From contig CAWDGJ010000002.1 in the NCBI GenBank assembly GCA_963801815.1, forward strand, positions 1 to 64,000: DNA of 64,000 bases, written 5' to 3'. The DNA comes from an uncultured Verrucomicrobiae bacterium (GTDB lineage: Bacteria > Verrucomicrobiota > Verrucomicrobiia > Chthoniobacterales > UBA10450). The notes beneath the pieces were generated by a model. The model was not told the origin of the DNA and did not search any database. It saw only the letters and a program-made list of their open reading frames with translations. Shown here piece by piece: positions 62,498-64,000 of the stretch (position 1 is the first letter of the stretch; each line of letters begins with the position of its first letter). The position numbers and the translations under genes were made by a program.

Positions 62498-64000
62498 ATG
62501 TCCACCGCTCTCAATTTACTTCGAATCAAAAATCTTGCGCTCGTTGAAGAGCTCGAGTGGCAGATCGCACCCGGATTCACCGCCATCACTGGCGAAACCG
62601 GCGCCGGCAAGTCGATCATCATCGGCGCGCTGCAACTTCTGCTTGGCGAACGCGCGGACAAATCGCTGATCCGGACTGGAGCTGACACCTGCACCGCGGA
62701 AGCGATTTTCACGGGAAGAGAATTACAGAAACTGAATCCACAGCTGGTCGAGGCGGGGGTCGAGGAATGCGCTGAAGATCTGATCATCAAGCGAACGCTT
62801 TCCACAACGGGCGCAAATCGACAGTTCATCAACGGCTCGCCCACTACGTTGTCCATTCTGAAGATCGTGGGCGATGCGTTGGTTGATCTTCACGGTCCGC
62901 ACGATCATCAATCGCTGCTCTCGCCGGACAAGCAGCTCAATCTGCTCGATTCGTTCGCGAGAGCTGAAGAGCAACTCGATGAATACAAAAAACATTTTCG
63001 CGAGTTACAGACGTTGACGGCCGAGCACGCGGCTCTCAACACCGCTGAAACCGCGCGAGAACAGGAACTGGATTTACTTCGCCATCAAATCACCGAGATC
63101 AATTCCGCGAATCTCGTCGCCGGCGAAGAAGAAGAAATCGAGAAACGCTACAAACTTTCCAGTAGCAGCAAACGATTGATCGAGCTGGCGAGCGCGGCGG
63201 CAAACAAACTCTCGGAAGCGGACGACTCGGTCCTCTCCCAGCTCGCCGAAACTCAACGCCTAGTTCGCGAATTGGAAAAGATCGATAGCTCGGCAGTGCA
63301 ACTGGCTTCCGAGCACGCTGCGGCCGTGGTGCAGCTGTCTGAGATCGCGCGTTCTCTGTCCGATTACGCAGAGAAACTCGACCTCGACCCCGAACAGCTC
63401 GCTGCGCTCGAGCAACGGGTTTCACTTTTCGAAACTTTGAAACGCAAGTATGGCGGATCGATCGCGGAAGTGATCGCGTTCGGTGAACGAGCAGCTGAAC
63501 GGATGCGGAAGATTGAAGGCCGCGACGAGGAACTCGAGCGCTTGGCCAAAGAGATCGAGAAAGTTCGCGGACAGATGAATCGCACCGGCGAGGCCCTGGG
63601 AAAACTGCGCGCGAAAGCAGCTCCGAAGCTTTCCGACACGATTCGCCGGAATCTTCGTGATCTTGGATTCAAGCAATCTGAATTCGAAGCGAAGCTCAGT
63701 GCGCTTGATGAACCAAACATCAACGGCTTCGATTCAGTCGACCTTCTTTTCTCGGCGAACCCAGGCGAGCCACTAAAGCCGTTGCGAGTGATCGCCTCGA
63801 GCGGTGAAATCTCGCGCTTGATGCTCGCGATCAAGTCCGCGCTCGCTGCGCACGATTCAATCCCTCTTCTGATCTTCGACGAGATCGACACCAACGTCGG
63901 CGGCGAGATCGCGCACGCGGTCGGCGCGAAGATGCAAATGCTCGCGAACGAACATCAGTTGATTTGTATCACCCATCTGGCACAAGTCGCGGCCTGCGCT
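62498..64000 (+). CDS. recN: DNA repair protein RecN, partial (runs off window end; absent from the ORF track)
   Basis: MSTALNLLRIKNLALVEEL...ITGETGAGKSII, DLHGPHDHQSLL, ANPGEPLKPL..IASSGEISRLMLAIK, LIFDEIDTNVGG, ICITHLAQVA. Confidence 0.96.
   Translation, partial: MSTALNLLRIKNLALVEELEWQIAPGFTAITGETGAGKSIIIGALQLLLGERADKSLIRTGADTCTAEAIFTGRELQKLNPQLVEAGVEECAEDLIIKRTLSTTGANRQFINGSPTTLSILKIVGDALVDLHGPHDHQSLLSPDKQLNLLDSFARAEEQLDEYKKHFRELQTLTAEHAALNTAETAREQELDLLRHQITEINSANLVAGEEEEIEKRYKLSSSSKRLIELASAAANKLSEADDSVLSQLAETQRLVRELEKIDSSAVQLASEHAAAVVQLSEIARSLSDYAEKLDLDPEQLAALEQRVSLFETLKRKYGGSIAEVIAFGERAAERMRKIEGRDEELERLAKEIEKVRGQMNRTGEALGKLRAKAAPKLSDTIRRNLRDLGFKQSEFEAKLSALDEPNINGFDSVDLLFSANPGEPLKPLRVIASSGEISRLMLAIKSALAAHDSIPLLIFDEIDTNVGGEIAHAVGAKMQMLANEHQLICITHLAQVAACA

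Overview
The window joins two unrelated chromosomal segments at about 22,450-22,480. The left part (1-22.47 kb) looks like a high-GC Chloroflexota chromosome. It carries cax, an MFS transporter, two DUF433 genes, def, priA, two LysM genes, an ArsA/Get3-Hsp20 ATPase, an RpoD-like sigma factor, a PQQ-type beta-propeller with Chloroflexi-type C-terminal repeats, a Rad52-like annealing protein with an Xis-like HTH gene, rsfS, an FmdB-type zinc ribbon, mutS and topA. The right part (22.48-64 kb) looks like a Verrucomicrobiota (Chthoniobacterales/'Ca. Udaeobacter'-like) chromosome. It carries an ECF sigma with a Ser/Thr kinase, a two-component pair, an RND pump, nusA-infB-rbfA-nrnA-truB-ribF, tRNA-Gly, trpEG, aroF, prmA, ndk, an aminotransferase, eda, GH57, fused lpxC-fabZ, lpxA and recN. 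Taxonomy is inferred from gene content and sequence style, not from a database search. The join truncates a secreted-protein gene at the topA start and is most likely a chimeric read or assembly. Many conserved genes are frameshifted, most likely from long-read indels. No CRISPR array, rRNA, integrase or transposase was seen. The best leads are: (1) a tRNA-Gly whose encoded 3' CCA shares its A with the trpE ATG; (2) a stand-alone Rad52-like SSAP plus Xis-like HTH pair behind a perfect sigma70 promoter with two LexA-like boxes; (3) a 40-bp leader repeat whose two copies differ only by a compensatory base pair; (4) a rimP-leader-type attenuator retained before nusA although rimP is absent; (5) heptamer and palindromic repeat insertions inside coding sequences; (6) a probable CUG start for rsfS.
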